From Octopus vulgaris (taxonomy: Eukaryota), in assembly GCA_951406725.2 (NCBI GenBank), contig OX597838.1, forward strand, positions 2,046,001 through 2,110,000: 64,000 nucleotides of DNA, read 5' to 3'. This document shows, one piece after another, positions 41,364-56,310 of this stretch (positions within the stretch are counted from its first letter, which is position 1; each line of letters begins with the position of its first letter). Made by a program: the position numbers and the translations under genes. Below the pieces are notes generated by a model, which searched no databases, was not told where the DNA came from, and saw only the letters and a list, made by a program, of their open reading frames with translations.

Positions 41364-41540
41364 GTACTTTACTGATGAACTCAAAATAAGACCGAAATGT
41401 GTTTAATGTTTCTATATCGTAAATGATTAAGAATTTTAAAAATAATGATTATTAAACTTGCCATTTACAGTATGTAGCTATGTATGGTATACAAACCTTA
41501 ACCATGTTTCGGTTTTATTTCGAGCTCATCAGCAACGTAC
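41364..41540. repeat. 53-bp imperfect inverted repeat, each arm a hammerhead relic
   Basis: Arms 41364-41416 and 41488-41540, 10 mismatches; both carry CTGATGA...ACCGAAA. Confidence 0.8.
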
Positions 41541-42229
41541 AGACTCATCCGTATTTATCGAAGTAGTAACATCTGGAAAACCAAATAAGTTCCAGGTAAA
41601 TGCTGAGGTATATTAAATTCACTGCTACTGTAACCCCTACCTGTTTTTAAACGGATGGGGATTTAACTGTCAATAGCAGATACATCGAAGTAAAATATAA
41701 TAAATATAAAATTTCCGAAAACGAATTTTATTAAATTAAGACAAACACCACATGATTTCCCGTTACCATTCACTGAAACACCCCTAACCACACGGCAATA
41801 TAATAAGAGCTCAGTATATTTTACGAAATTTGTCAATGCAATACGCCCCCGACGCCTCACCTCCGACAATATAAAAGCGAAAACTCTACTCCTTTGCCTC
41901 AGCAGTCTCTAAACGTGAATCTTATTGAAAATTTTATGCTAGATCATCAGTTCATTAATTCAAACCAGGATTTGAAGAATTTTTAAAAATCAAGGAATCT
42001 TTATTTGCAGCCGTTCAGGGAAGAATGGTGCAAATTAGAAGTGGAATTATTAAAAAATATAGCAAAAAAGCCGTCTTGCAGCGAATATAATCAGCCTGTA
42101 TTGATTATAATAGTTTAGTTTAGGAATAAACAGTAATGGTAAGCTTCTTCTTCTTCTTCTTCTTCTTCTTCTTCTTCTTCTTCACTCCGCATCTCTATCT
42201 CCACCTTTCTCCATCATTCTCTCTCTCCC

Positions 42230-42268
<39 letters not shown>

Positions 42269-42797
42269 CACACACACATATACACATATCAACACACACA
42301 CACGCACACGCATGTTGACACACGCATTCGCTTCATAAATCTGAATGAAATAAATAATTTAACTCCGGCAAAATTTATTTTCTCTATATTTTGAAGAAAT
42401 AAATAAAAATGTGCAGGTGCTTCGTTGATGTCTATGTGTGTGTGTGTATATGTTTGCATATGTGTTCGTGTTTCAATACACACACACACACACACATGTG
42501 TGTGTATACGCATGTGTGTGTATATGTATATATGAATATGTACACAGGTACAAACGTGCATGCATATGTACTAGCACATAGGCTAACGCACATAGGTATA
42601 CATATATTTACACACACACACACACACATGCGTATATATAGATGTGAGTATATACATATATATACACACACACACATATAAGATAAATTTCTCCATAATA
42701 TCCGTCACACAAGTATGCATTATACACAAACTTGCACAAGCATGTTTAACAAAAGTAAACGCATATTCAAACATTTTCATATATATATATATACACT

Positions 42798-42839
<42 letters not shown>

Positions 42840-42868
42840 CACATACACACACACATACACGCACACAT

Positions 42869-42975
<107 letters not shown>

Positions 42976-43235
42976 TATATATAGGCGTATATAGAGCAAC
43001 GTAAACACACCTCCGTAGACGTTTAGGTGCGTTCGCATAGACCGACGCACACAAGTGCGTGCGTATGTTTGAATTTAAAAGCTCGAGGGAAAATGTATTC
43101 AATGCCGAAGTGTCATGACATTTTGTAGATTTCAATCTCAAGTCCGCGAGAATCGCTGTTGCCATACCTACGACGTATATGTGTGTAAATGAGCCTGTAT
43201 GTATATATATATATATATATACATATATATATGTG

Positions 43236-43282
<47 letters not shown>

Positions 43283-43298
43283 TATGTATATGTATATG

Positions 43299-43342
<44 letters not shown>

Positions 43343-43525
43343 TATAAATTTACGAGGGAAAGAGACGAAGGCATAGGAAAAAACAAGTGAATCAGTTTGA
43401 CTCTTGAGAAGAATGGAAAAGACTTTGATGTTTCTTCGACAAAAGGAATGAGAGGGAAAAAGTGGAGAAAGAACGAAAAAAGCGGAGAGTGCATGCATGT
43501 GTCTGCATATATATATATATATACA

Positions 43526-44065
<540 letters not shown>

Positions 44066-44404
44066 TGCCTCCTTATGAGAGCTCAAATTCTCTCGTGGAA
44101 GCGCCATCCAACCAATATGCAAATATATGGGAAACTACCACCTGTGTCATCTCTTGTGAAAGGTAGGAGAGTCCAGTTTGCTGGACATTGTTGTAGAACT
44201 GAAAAAAGAGGTAATTTCTACTCTTCTCCTCTGGAAGCCATCTGCTCGCAATACAAGAGGGCGCACACTCTCTTACCCTGATGTAATCTCCAGGGATACA
44301 GGCATCCAGCAACAGGACCTCCGTAATGCCATGATGGACCGTGAAGTCTGGCGTAGCATGGTAAGTTCCATTGTCTCGACCACAGTCGAACAATGATGAT
44401 GATG
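44066..44404 (+). mobile_element. RTE-clade LINE 3' end with a (TGA)n tail
   Basis: LLMRAQILSWKRHPTN..IYGKLPPVS...RRVQFAGHC / STLLLWKP...RGR...AMMDREVWRSMV; one frameshift in an A-run. Confidence 0.88.
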
Positions 44405-44419
44405 TGTGTGTGTGCATCT

Positions 44420-44545
44420 AATTTAGCGCGTCAAACAAAATGCTTAACGGTTTTTAGGCTGTTTTTACGTCCTGAAATCAAATTCTTGAGAGGCCGATGT
44501 AATAAGTACGAATTGAGCACTGGGGTTGAAATAATCGTTTACCTA
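44420..44545 (+). mobile_element. SINE family A, decayed and deleted
   Basis: aaatgcttaacgg...tttacgtcctgaaatcaaattc...aataagtacgaattgagcactggggttga. Confidence 0.6.
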
Positions 44546-45477
44546 TTTCCACTAAAATATTAGATCTGCTTATGGTAGAATGGATTATTTGTCAGCGTAC
44601 ACAGCATAAAATGTCATCGTTGCGTCTTCAAATGATCACATGATCATTGACGCCAAATATTATTGACCAAACCCCAAAGTGTAATGTTTTTATATTCTAC
44701 AATAGATGAGGCAATAATTTGTGTCTGTTTCTAGGTTTAAATTAGTTCGCATCAATTATTTACGACTGGAGTATTGCATCATATTTATGGTTATAGGCTA
44801 CAGGTGGTATCTGTGTCATATTATTTCCAAATATGCGTCGAAATTATTGTAGCGCTTGCCAGTTATCGAAACAGAAGATGTGTGTGTTCTCGAACAGGAA
44901 ATTTTGAAAAGTTTATTACGGAAACATTATAAGGATTACTGATGAAATGGTGATGAAATTATCTGCACGATACCGAGTACAATTTTTTCAAACGTGTGTT
45001 CTTTGGTGAGGGAAACTCCGAATTTCAACATATGAAAGTTGGCTTCTGATCTTCGTTTCCCGGCAATATTTGAAATTTATTTGGAAATCTAGGGACATAG
45101 CTGAGAAAACCAAGTTTAGGCCTCTAATGTAACACAGAAGCTCATTATCATTATCCACCCAGTTAAAGAATTGAACCTTTCTTTGTCTTCTTCCTCCTCC
45201 TCTCCTCCTCCTCATTCTTCTTCTTCTTCTTCTTCTTCTTCTCCTCCTCCTCCTTCTTCTCCTCCTCCTCCTCCTCCTCCTCCTCCCCCTTCTTCTTTTT
45301 CTCCACCCTCTCCCCCTTCCATGCCTTCCTTTCCAGACATAGCCCTTGTACTGTACACTAATATGGCAATATTCTATCCAGATGTTTATTTACTCATCAA
45401 AGGAGTGAATAAAACAAGATATTAACAACAACGTAATGATAATGATCGTCATCATTATCATCATAACCCGCACTAGC

Positions 45478-45530
<53 letters not shown>

Positions 45531-45635
45531 CATAACAACAACTGCAACAATAACTGGAACAGCTGTAGAGTCTAATGTTCGTGGTGCAAAAGGTACCAAG
45601 TCATAAATGTCAAATCTAGTTTTATAATGTTTGTA

Positions 45636-46590
45636 CAAGAAGAAGAAGAAGAAGAAGAAGAAGAAGAAGAAGAAGAAGAAGAAGAGGAGGAAAGAGGAGG
45701 AGGAGAAGAAGACGGAGGATAGAAAGAATGAGACAAAGAATAAAAGGAAGAAGACAGAAAAGAAGAAGAAGAAGAAGAAGAAGAAGAAGAAGAGAAGAAG
45801 AAGAAGAAGAAGAAGAAGAAGAAGAAGAAGAAGAAGAAGAAGAAGAAGAAGAAGAAGAAGAAGAAGAAGAAGAAGAAGAAGAAGAAGAAGAAGACGGAGG
45901 ATGGAAAGAATGAAGAAGAAGAAGAAGAAGAAGAAGAAGAAGAAGAAGAAGAAGAAGAAGAAGAAGAAGAAGAAGAAAGAAGAAGAAGAAGAAGAAGAAG
46001 AAGAAGAAGAAGAAGAAGAAGAAGAAGAAGAAGAAGAAGAAGAAGAAGAAACGGTTTATTGGAAATGAAGAGAGCGTTTCGACATGAATGAGTTTTGAAG
46101 AAAAGGAAAGAATGAGAGGAATGAGAGATTGCTTCGAGTTTGGTAGATTGTAGTAGTTGCGATGAAGAAGTGGATGTGGCAGGCGACGGGGATGAGGCTG
46201 ATGAGGACAACGACGATGGTAGTGGTGATTATTATGAAGACGATGGTGATGATGAAGATGATGAGAATGATGATGATGATGATGACGATGATAATGATGA
46301 CGCTGACGACGATCATGATGATGATGATGATTATGAAAATGATGATTATCATAATGATGATGACGACAACAATAAGGATGATAACGATGATTATTATGAT
46401 GATTATGAAAATGATGATGATGATGAAGATGATGATAATGATGACAATGATGACGATTATGATGATGACGACAACACTGATGATGATGATGCCGACGACG
46501 ACGACGACGATGATGATGATGATGAAGACGAAGATGATGATGATGATAATGTTGCCGATGATAATGATGATAATTATGATGATGATGATC
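45636..46590. repeat. (AGA)n tract (45636-46050) and degenerate (GAT)n tract (46150-46590)
   Basis: Direct reading. Confidence 0.93.
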
Positions 46591-47274
46591 ATATTGTCAG
46601 AATGTGTGTTAAATGATCCGGGAGTAATGATGAGTCCCTTAACACTGTTGGTCGTCACACTATTGTTTAGTGGCCCGTGGTAGATTTCATTACACCGGAG
46701 ATAGTGATGGTAACAGAGTCAGAAGCAGTGGTGGCGGCGGTGGTGGTGGGGCGGGATGGTGTTGGCGGTGGTGGTAGTGGTTATAGTAGTTGCATCGTTG
46801 GGGAGGCGTCGGTGGTTGAACTGAAAAAAGAGAAGCTGCAATATTTTGTCATGAATTAAAGACTGTGAGAAATGTGAAGAGAGCATGAGAAGAGAGAGAG
46901 GGAGAAAGAAAGGGAGGGAGAAACGAGGGAGGGAGCGAGAGAGTAGGAGAGAGTCATAAACTAACAGAAAGAGGTGAAAGTGAAAGTAGAATGTAAACAG
47001 ATATGATAAATATAAAGAAAGGGTGGAGGTGGAGGCACAAAGAGAGATTGAGAGAGGGAGCGAGGGAGAGAGGGGAAACGAGGTAAGGAGGAAGGGAGGA
47101 AGGATGAGATTAAGATAGATAGATAGACAGAGAGAGTTAGATAGATAGATAGTGAGAGAGAGAGAGAGAAAGAGAGAAAGAGAGAAAGGGTGAATTGGAA
47201 TTGGGCGAGATGTCAAGATAGAGAGAATAATAGTGAAGAGAGAGAATTAAAGCAAAAGAATGTAGATGATAGGG

Positions 47275-47323
<49 letters not shown>

Positions 47324-47613
47324 GAGAGAGAGTGTGAGAAAGCGAGGGAGGGAGAGAGAGAGAGGTCTGGATAGATAGAGAGACACTGATAGTGATAGGA
47401 GAGAAGGCTACATTAAATCAAGACTCAACGATTGCTGTAAACACGCACGCGCACACACGCACACACACACACAAGTACCCGTATATACACATGTGTGGAT
47501 GTGTTAATATGGTGAGAAATGAGTGCATATTTAGCCGTATATAGCTAATTAGCTATCTAGATAGATTAGGAATACGAGGAAGAATGTGTGTACATGTAAT
47601 TTCATGTGTGTGC

Positions 47614-47660
<47 letters not shown>

Positions 47661-47775
47661 TGTGATTATGAAAGGAGAAAACCATAGCAATGTAATTTTT
47701 GCCCTCTAAATGTAATAAACTGTTAGTTTAAAGTCAAATGTCAAATATTTCGACATAAAATTTCTAAATGCACGA

Positions 47776-47843
<68 letters not shown>

Positions 47844-47859
47844 TGATGATGATGATGAC

Positions 47860-47909
<50 letters not shown>

Positions 47910-48159
47910 CTTTTATCTGTCACAGAAGCATAGATGAAGGGGACATCACAAGAACGGTTAAAAATTTGTTTGGAGATTTAAATAACAGATGAAGAGAAAG
48001 AAAAGCGAAATACTGTGAAACGCGGTAAAAGTATACAAAGTATAGAAAATATTCGATGACATGAATGATGCAGTCCGGCTAATACGGAAAAAAACTCCAA
48101 CTCTGGCCAGTTAAGGAACCTCACAGATCCAGGATTACCCAGACCACCAAGAGTACGAA

Positions 48160-48705
48160 CCCTATCTCCTGCTCTCCGATTTAGCCAGCCACTCTAGCCC
48201 TTTTTTGCTCACCACGGTCACCCGTCCTCTCCCAAATTCCCTGCGAGCTGGCATTTCCCTCTCCGCCTTCATTTTCCTTTCAAGTGGAACTTTAAAAAGT
48301 CGCTGAGAGCTTGACCGAAGAGGAAGGTTTGCTTTCGCTGTTTCTCTCAGCCTCATCCATCACATGACCTCTTTCGCTATGGCCACTTGATAGAGGAGCA
48401 ACACTTGTCCTGACTTGATAGAGGTGGGTGTTGGACCGATCCTCAAGACAGGGTCGGCTGATAAACAGTTCGTCCCACACTCACAATTACATGCAGAACA
48501 GTTGCATCGCACTGCGCACAACTCGGACAGTCTTCCTGATAGCGTTTCCGTGCTTATCTCGAACCGGTTGTGCCCCTCGATGACACTGCCAGGCCACGGA
48601 TTTCGAGAAGTTATCTATGGTAGTACCGGGCTAGAAGGTTCTCCGAAACACCAACCAGTTCATCGTCATCCATGACCAGGGTTCACCAGAGAACCTCATC
48701 CCTAT
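48160..48705 (-). mobile_element. L1/Tx1-clade LINE ORF2 C-terminal remnant
   Basis: Minus strand IDNFSKSVAWQCHRGAQPVRDK...CPSCAQCDATVLHVIV (CCHC zinc-knuckle region)...VAIAKEVM*WMRL; frameshifted. Confidence 0.8.
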
Positions 48706-48730
48706 TATTACTCACTACTATTATGTATAT

Positions 48731-48900
48731 TTGAGGGAATATAAGTTCAAACTTACAGGGAAAAAATTCAATTTAGAAATACTAGATCAAATTTCACAGT
48801 ATATAATATATATATAAAAAATTAGAAAAAAAACACCTTTTATCAATTCAAAATGAACAATTAAATTACACCATCTAGAAAATTACATATAAAAGAAATA
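48731..48900. mobile_element. Diverged homologue of the 28610-28720 PLE-type segment
   Basis: agggaata..aaacttacagggaaaaaa..atttag..aaattt..agta...aattag is shared. Confidence 0.6.
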
Positions 48901-50342
48901 TTAAAATTAAAATAACAATAAAATGTCAATGATTAAGTAAATTGCAAAAAAATTGCAAAAAAAAATAATAAAAATGTATATAATTGGTAGAATTATATAT
49001 TGACAACATATATCAGTGTGTGTGTGTGTGTGTGTGTACGTACTATATTACAAGGCAATAATTCGTTACAATTGGTCATATGTTTCGCTCTAAACGGTGT
49101 TTTTGAACGAATAACCTATTTAGGTTAAGGAAATTCTAGATGAAAGAGTTACAGCATGTGTACGTGAGTCTGGGAGATCTCTGCTGACCTGAATTTAAAC
49201 AAAATCAAGGGAAACGATAATAACCACCACCACCACAGCCACTACCGCCACCACCACCACATTAACAACAGCAGACGATAATATCGACAGCTCCATGTTA
49301 GAAGAAATAGCGATAATTCAATACCACAACAACATCTAAATACGACACACATCGTCATCATCGTCATCATCATCACCCTCATTATCATCATCATCATCAC
49401 CATCATCATCAGCTTCATCAGCATAAGAAAGCGGTAGCAGTTGCAGCAGAGGCAGCGAAGAGTGCAGAAGACATGATGTACATTCCCTTAGTGAAATGAC
49501 TTAGAAATGGAGAAAGTGGGGAATGAAAAAAAAGAGAAAGGGAGAGAGAGAGAGAGTGAGTGAGTGAGTGAGTGAGTGAGTGAGTGAGTGAGTGAGTGAG
49601 ATAAATATGTATATACATATTGATATATGTATGTATGTGTATACACACATACACATATATACATATATGTACAGGGGATGCATGAGAACGGCGAGTGGGT
49701 GTTAAAGAAAGAAAGAGAGAGAGATAGATAGAGAGGGGGTGGCGTTTAAAAGAAAGATGTCGTTAGAGATAGGGGAGGTGGGAAGTGAGGTGGCAATAAA
49801 GCAAAAAGAAAGAACATAAATAAGGAAAGAGTGCGAGGAAAATGGCGGAAGGAAAACGAGAGACGAAACTGCAAAGAACATTGTAAACTAACTAGACATT
49901 GGGGAGTTGCTAGAATAAACTGTAGATGTTGTTTAAGATACATTGATGTTAGGCACACAGTTCATAGCATAAAGACTAGCACGGATACAGCGAGGCATAG
50001 ATGTGTGTACGCAAGGAGGAACGTGGCTTTTATGTACGAACTATGTGTGGTTACGTGTGTACGTGGGATTGTGTGTTTGTGAGTGTGTGTGTGTGTGTAT
50101 GTGTGTGTATGTAGTGTGTGTGTAGTGTAAATGTTACGACAGGCATCGAGCTGAATAGGATATTTGTCCCGCGGGTGTTTTATGTTGTTGTATGGCGTTG
50201 CTTATAAACTGCTGTTCATTGGCTATAAGCGAATATCAGACAAACATGTTCTTCCGTTCAGTGAATATGGCGCGAAGGAGTCGGTAGCAAGAAAAAAATA
50301 AACCGTATACACACATATAGAGACACACACATCTACATACAG

Positions 50343-50414
<72 letters not shown>

Positions 50415-50437
50415 GTACGTATGTGTGTAACTGCACC

Positions 50438-50580
50438 AGTAGCTGCTTCCCAAACACACGTTTCCAGCTTCAATCCTTCTGTGTGGCACCTTGGGCAAGT
50501 GTCTTCTACTATAGCTTCGGTGCCACCAAAGCCTTTGAGTGGATTTTGTAGACGGAAACTAAAAGGAGCTCGTTGTGTAC
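50438..50580 (+). mobile_element. SINE family B 5' part
   Basis: gtggcaccttgggcaagtgtcttctactatagc...gagtggattttgtagacggaaact. Confidence 0.85.
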
Positions 50581-51002
50581 ATGCGCGTATATGTAAAATG
50601 TTTTAATGTATATATATATATATATATATAAACATATACATATATATATATATATATATATGTACTTATACACACACGCATTCACATACTTTCATTCACA
50701 CGCGTATTTGTTCGCGTTTCTTTTCGTTGCGGAACTCACCTCGGCCAATATTAAACGGACAAAATGTTGCCGCTGAGGTCCAGAGAGCTCGTGGGCTTTG
50801 TGGTCATCTCACTTGTGAGATGTGCGTATATATGAGTGCGTAATTTCGTGTGTAGGAGGGCATAAATCGTATGGAGTGCATGCGTGTCACCTCCGTACAC
50901 GTGCCTATGTGTTTCATTACCGTTTATATGTGCGTGTATATATGTGAGTGTATATGAATTCATGTATGTACGCATATGTGTATGTATGTACCTACGTATG
51001 TA

Positions 51003-51870
51003 CGCGATCTGGTCAATAAGTATCTGGACTGTTGACATAGTAACGAAGCTAAAGCACGCAAAGTGAACCTGCTCAGCACAGATTGACGTTGAACTCTACT
51101 GAGCATGCGCACCAAGGTTTAACATTCCAGCCTATTTCCGCTACACAGAGAAGTGTTGGAAGGAAGGTGTGTAGCTTGTGATCGTTGCATTGACCCTGAG
51201 AAAGAAAGTTTTCATGGTGATACCTGCTCAGTGACATAAGGAAGGTTGCAGAAAATGTATGGAGAAGAGTCTACAAGTGGGTCAAGCGTTTCCAAAATTG
51301 CCGACAAAATGTCGAAATTGGAGAACGTTCTTGGAGACGCGCAACCAGCAAGACTGGGAAAATATCGTAGGTGTGAGTGCAGGTGTGAGAGGAAATTGTC
51401 GAATCACCATCCGTGGGTTATCAGAGGATGTACAGATTAGTTACGGTTCATTTCAGTCCATTATCACTGAAGATTTGGGTATGAGACGCGTGTCTGCCAA
51501 GTTTGTGCCGAAACTGCTTTCAGCTGTCCTAAAACACACTCGGGTTTCAGTTGCACAAGATCTCTTTGATTGTGTCGAGAACAATGAAAACTCTTAGAAA
51601 ACTTTGCGTAGGCCTCAGAGCAAGTATCGCCAAGCTTTTGGAAAAATTTGATGCAGATTCTCTGCTCAACTTTCTCTGTCATGGTCAATGCGACTATCAC
51701 ATGCTACACACCTTCCTTCCAAGCACTGCTGTAAACAGCAAAAATGAGCGAGAGCGTTAAAACTTGGTGCGCATTCACTGCAGAGTTCAAGGTCAGTCTT
51801 TGCCAAACGGCTTCACTCTGCATGCTTCGTTACTATGGACACAATCCAGATACCTATTGATCAGACCTCG
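51003..51870. mobile_element. Non-autonomous mariner derivative built from two inverted 5' ends
   Basis: TA-flanked. Plus strand encodes GDTCS..LQKMYGEE..KWVKRF..RITIRGLSEDVQISYGS..LGMRRVSAKFVPKLL; minus strand encodes MTEKVEQRICIKFFQKLGDTCSEAY. Over 200 bp of inverted similarity. Confidence 0.9.
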
Positions 51871-52457
51871 TACATACGTATCTATGTAGGTATGTGTGTA
51901 CATATTTATGTATGTACGTATGTATCCATGTATCTAGGTATGTCTGTATGTGCCTTTGTATGTATGTATATATGTAAGTAAGTACGTACTTAAGTATGTT
52001 TAGATACGTGTGTTTGTATATGAATCTATGTATATTTGTATGTAAGTATGCATATATGTATGTTTGTATGTATATATACAAGTATGGATGCATGCATATG
52101 CATGTATATACGTATGTTTTCATTTTATTTTCAATTCAAAGTTAATTTTGACCTTCCAAACTGCTGCTTGGATTGCAAAGTTGGGCAGGAAAGCATCTTG
52201 TTTTGTTGATCATTGTTTTTGATCATAAGAATATCTTACAGATCATTATTCTTCCCCATATCACGATTGTATGCTGTGTATAAACGTAGAAGTTGTATTC
52301 TGTTTCCGAATTTCACAATGCATTACACCAGACGGATTGTGCGTATCCTATTTTGGAATGCCTCAATTTTTATGTTCCTTCAATATTCTTTGGCACCATC
52401 GGTCTCAGTATGGTCTGTTGGTGTTTTCTTTTTGTATGTATATATGCATGCAGTTAG

Positions 52458-52576
52458 GTATGTATGTATGTATGTATGTATGTATGTATGTATGTATGTA
52501 TGTATGTATGTATGTATGTATGTATGTAGGTAGGTAGTTATATAATTATGTACATATGTGTGTATGTATGAATGTC

Positions 52577-52611
<35 letters not shown>

Positions 52612-52706
52612 ATGTTTTTTTGTATGTATGTATATATGTATGTACGTGTGTATAACTCTTTGTATGTGTATGTATGTATGTATGTATGTATGTATGTATG
52701 TATGTA

Positions 52707-52739
<33 letters not shown>

Positions 52740-53405
52740 GTGTCTATGTGTGTGTGTATGTATGTATGTATGTATGTATGTATGTGTGTGTGTATGTATG
52801 TATGTATGTGTGTGTCTATGTGTGTGTTTATGTATATATGTATGTATGTATGTATGTATGTGTGTGTATGTATGTATGTATGTATGTATGTATGTATGTA
52901 TGTATGTATGTATGTATGTGTGTGTGTGTATGTATGTATGTATGTATGTATGTATGTATGTATGTATGTATGTATGTATGTATGTATGTATGTATGCATG
53001 CATGTATGTATGTATGTATGTATGTATGTATGTATGTATGTATGTATGTATGTGTGTATGTATGTATGTATGTATGTATGTATGTATGTATGTATGTATG
53101 TATGTATGTATGTATGTATGTATGTATGTATGTATGCATGCATGTTTGTATGTATGTGTGTATGTATGTATGTATGTATGTATGTATGTATGTATGTATG
53201 TATGTATGTATGTATGTATGTATGTATGTGTGTATGTATGTATGTATGTATGTATGCATGTATGTATGTATGTATGTATGTATGTATGTATGTATGTATG
53301 TATGTATGTATGTATGCATGTATGTATGTATGCATGTATGTATGTATGCATGTATGTATGCATGTATGTATGTATGTATGTATGTGTGTGTGTGTGTATG
53401 TATGA
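52458..53405. repeat. (TATG)n compound microsatellite, about 950 bp
   Basis: Direct reading. Confidence 0.97.
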
Positions 53406-53866
53406 ATCTATAATCTCAGCTTTTAACAAGAATTCTTCCTCGTTCATCCCAGGTATATTTTCTCTCTGATTAAATGGAATTTTAATGAGAAATCTCGTTG
53501 ATTGGTGTAAAATATTTATAGCAACATATATTTTAATGAATCTCTTAACGAAGCCGTTAGATGGCACCACCGGCTTATATATTTTATCACTAATGATATA
53601 TATATATACATATATATATAGTCAGACATATGTGGCTGTGTCTTCAACTTTCCATTTATACATGTGTATGTGCCTATCTGTGTCCTTGCGTGTGTGTGTC
53701 TATGTGTGTGCCTATGTGTGTGTGTTTGGTGTTAGTATCTGTTAGTGTGTGTGTGTGTGTGTGCACGTGTGCTTCTGTACTATTGTGTGTGTTTGTATGC
53801 TCGTGTGTGTATGTGTACATATGTTTGTATATAATCACGTGTAATCTTGATTGATGTGAATATACA

Positions 53867-53976
<110 letters not shown>

Positions 53977-54525
53977 CATGACGCTTTGTATGTGTATTCC
54001 TCTACGCATAAATGTAAATGCGTGTTTGTGTGTGTTTGTATTGAATATGTGTGTGTCCGTGTGAGTGTGTATCGTATATACATGTAAGTATATTGGTTCT
54101 TTAATGGAAGACTACTATCTGTACATAAATCGGCACGGGGATACGGTTGTATGGGTGTACTAGCTCAGGCGACAGCGATTTTGAAATGAAATAGAGACAT
54201 GTGGGAAATTTGTGTCTAAAAATCTGTATGTAATTCCTTCCTGATTGTGTTAAACAGTGTGTGTGTATGCATGTGTATGTGTGCCAGTGTGCGTGTGTGA
54301 CTGTGTGCCTGTGTGTGTGTTTTTCAAATGAAAGCAGCCATGTTTAAAAATCTATTAATCACAAATTATTGAGAAATTTCTATATCTCAATATGATTATG
54401 ACTACGTTTGTGTGTGTATGTATGTATATGTGGGTATAATATATATATATGCATAAATGTATGTATACAAGCTTATATGTGTGTGTATAGTATACATATA
54501 TATATATGTATACATATATATATGC

Positions 54526-54567
<42 letters not shown>

Positions 54568-54649
54568 GCATAAATGTATGTACACATGCATATATGTGTG
54601 TGTATAGTATACATATATATATATGTATACATATATGTATACATGTATA

Positions 54650-54689
<40 letters not shown>

Positions 54690-54977
54690 TATATATGAAT
54701 ATATATATATGCATATATATATATGTATAATGAATGTTTGTGTACACATGGTTGCAGGTGCGTGTTTGAAATATGAATATATGCCATACGGTATTTGCGA
54801 TTGCATGTGTATATGTGAGCGTGTGGGGTAGGTGGGGAAAGGGCGAGCCCTTCTCCAAATATTTGTAAATATTTTTATCCCTCTAGTTAAATGGACATAT
54901 CGGTATATATTTATATTGTTTGTGTGTGTGTGTGTGTGTGTTCGTCTCTATCTCTTTACATGTATACATATACATGC

Positions 54978-55035
<58 letters not shown>

Positions 55036-56258
55036 GTATATGTATGTATGTATATATGTATGTACGTACGATTCTATATATGTATTTCTATGTCTATGTG
55101 TGCGCAGACGCATGGAAGCTTTGACATTTGTGAGTCTACCTAAATATTTATGCCTAGATCGGCGTCTGCTTGTGGCTGTGTATATATGCTCTTCTAAGAT
55201 TTTAGATTTGTGAGAAAGTAAAACAGTCAGTTTATACACGGCGTAGCAGAACATCGCAGCAGACCAAAGAATACTCACGAGGAAGCAAAAAGAAAACAGT
55301 TCACTAAATTTTAATTTACACACACATACACATACACACATAAACAAACACACACACACACACACAAACGCACTCGCACGCGTATGTACACGTACACGCA
55401 CACTCACATACGCTCGCGCACACATGCAAATATATATATAAACTCATACACGTATATATACATATATATATATACATATATATATATGTATATATATATA
55501 AATATATATATATAATATACGTATATGTATGTATAAATATGTGTATATTTTTTACACAAACATGTATTATATATATGTGTGTGTGTGTGTGAGGTTATTG
55601 AATACATAGTTGTGTACCTATTCATACACATACAGCATACACACACACTCACAAATATATACTCTAACCTAAGCAGATGCTTATACATAAAGTCCCAAAA
55701 CACAAACACCCATACACGCATACACACATGTGCTATTATACATCACACTTCTTGAACACTCACTGCAAAACAAAAAGAAGTCTAATCGCAAACAACGTCC
55801 AAGACACCGAAAACAAGGCAGGACATTGTAATTGATGAAAATTCTTGACAGCATATTAGATTAGATTAGTATTCTTAGAATTAACTAACAAGGCAGGATA
55901 TATATAAATATATACACACACAAAGACACATGTACATGTATGTATATACATATATATATATATATGTTTATATTTAGTTACTGACAATGTGATTGATTTA
56001 ATAATAACACAAACATGTAAGGCTGTTTCCGTACAAACTCCGGTTCTTCCCTGTCTTTCTAAAACCAGAAAAACCAATCACAAATGGCTGCCTTTGGAAT
56101 CTGTTATTTTCGTTCGGTTCTTGCCTCAACGCTTCTCTTTCTCTTCTTTGTCTTTTTGTTTGTGTGTTTGTTTTATTCTTTTGTTTTTGCGAAAATTTGT
56201 ATATTTTAGTGTATGTATAAACACAATCAATCAAATACTTATGCATATGCATATTCAC

Positions 56259-56310
<52 letters not shown>

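Noticed and set aside
46056-46683. Asp-rich and Met-rich ORFs resembling acidic biomineral proteins
   Set aside because: Degenerate (GAT)n; no signal peptide or splice support; open in multiple frames.
52380-53570. Long YIHT/MYVC-repeat ORFs (and the many similar IY/CV/HT ORFs throughout)
   Set aside because: Translations of (TATG)n, (TA)n and (CA)n tracts.
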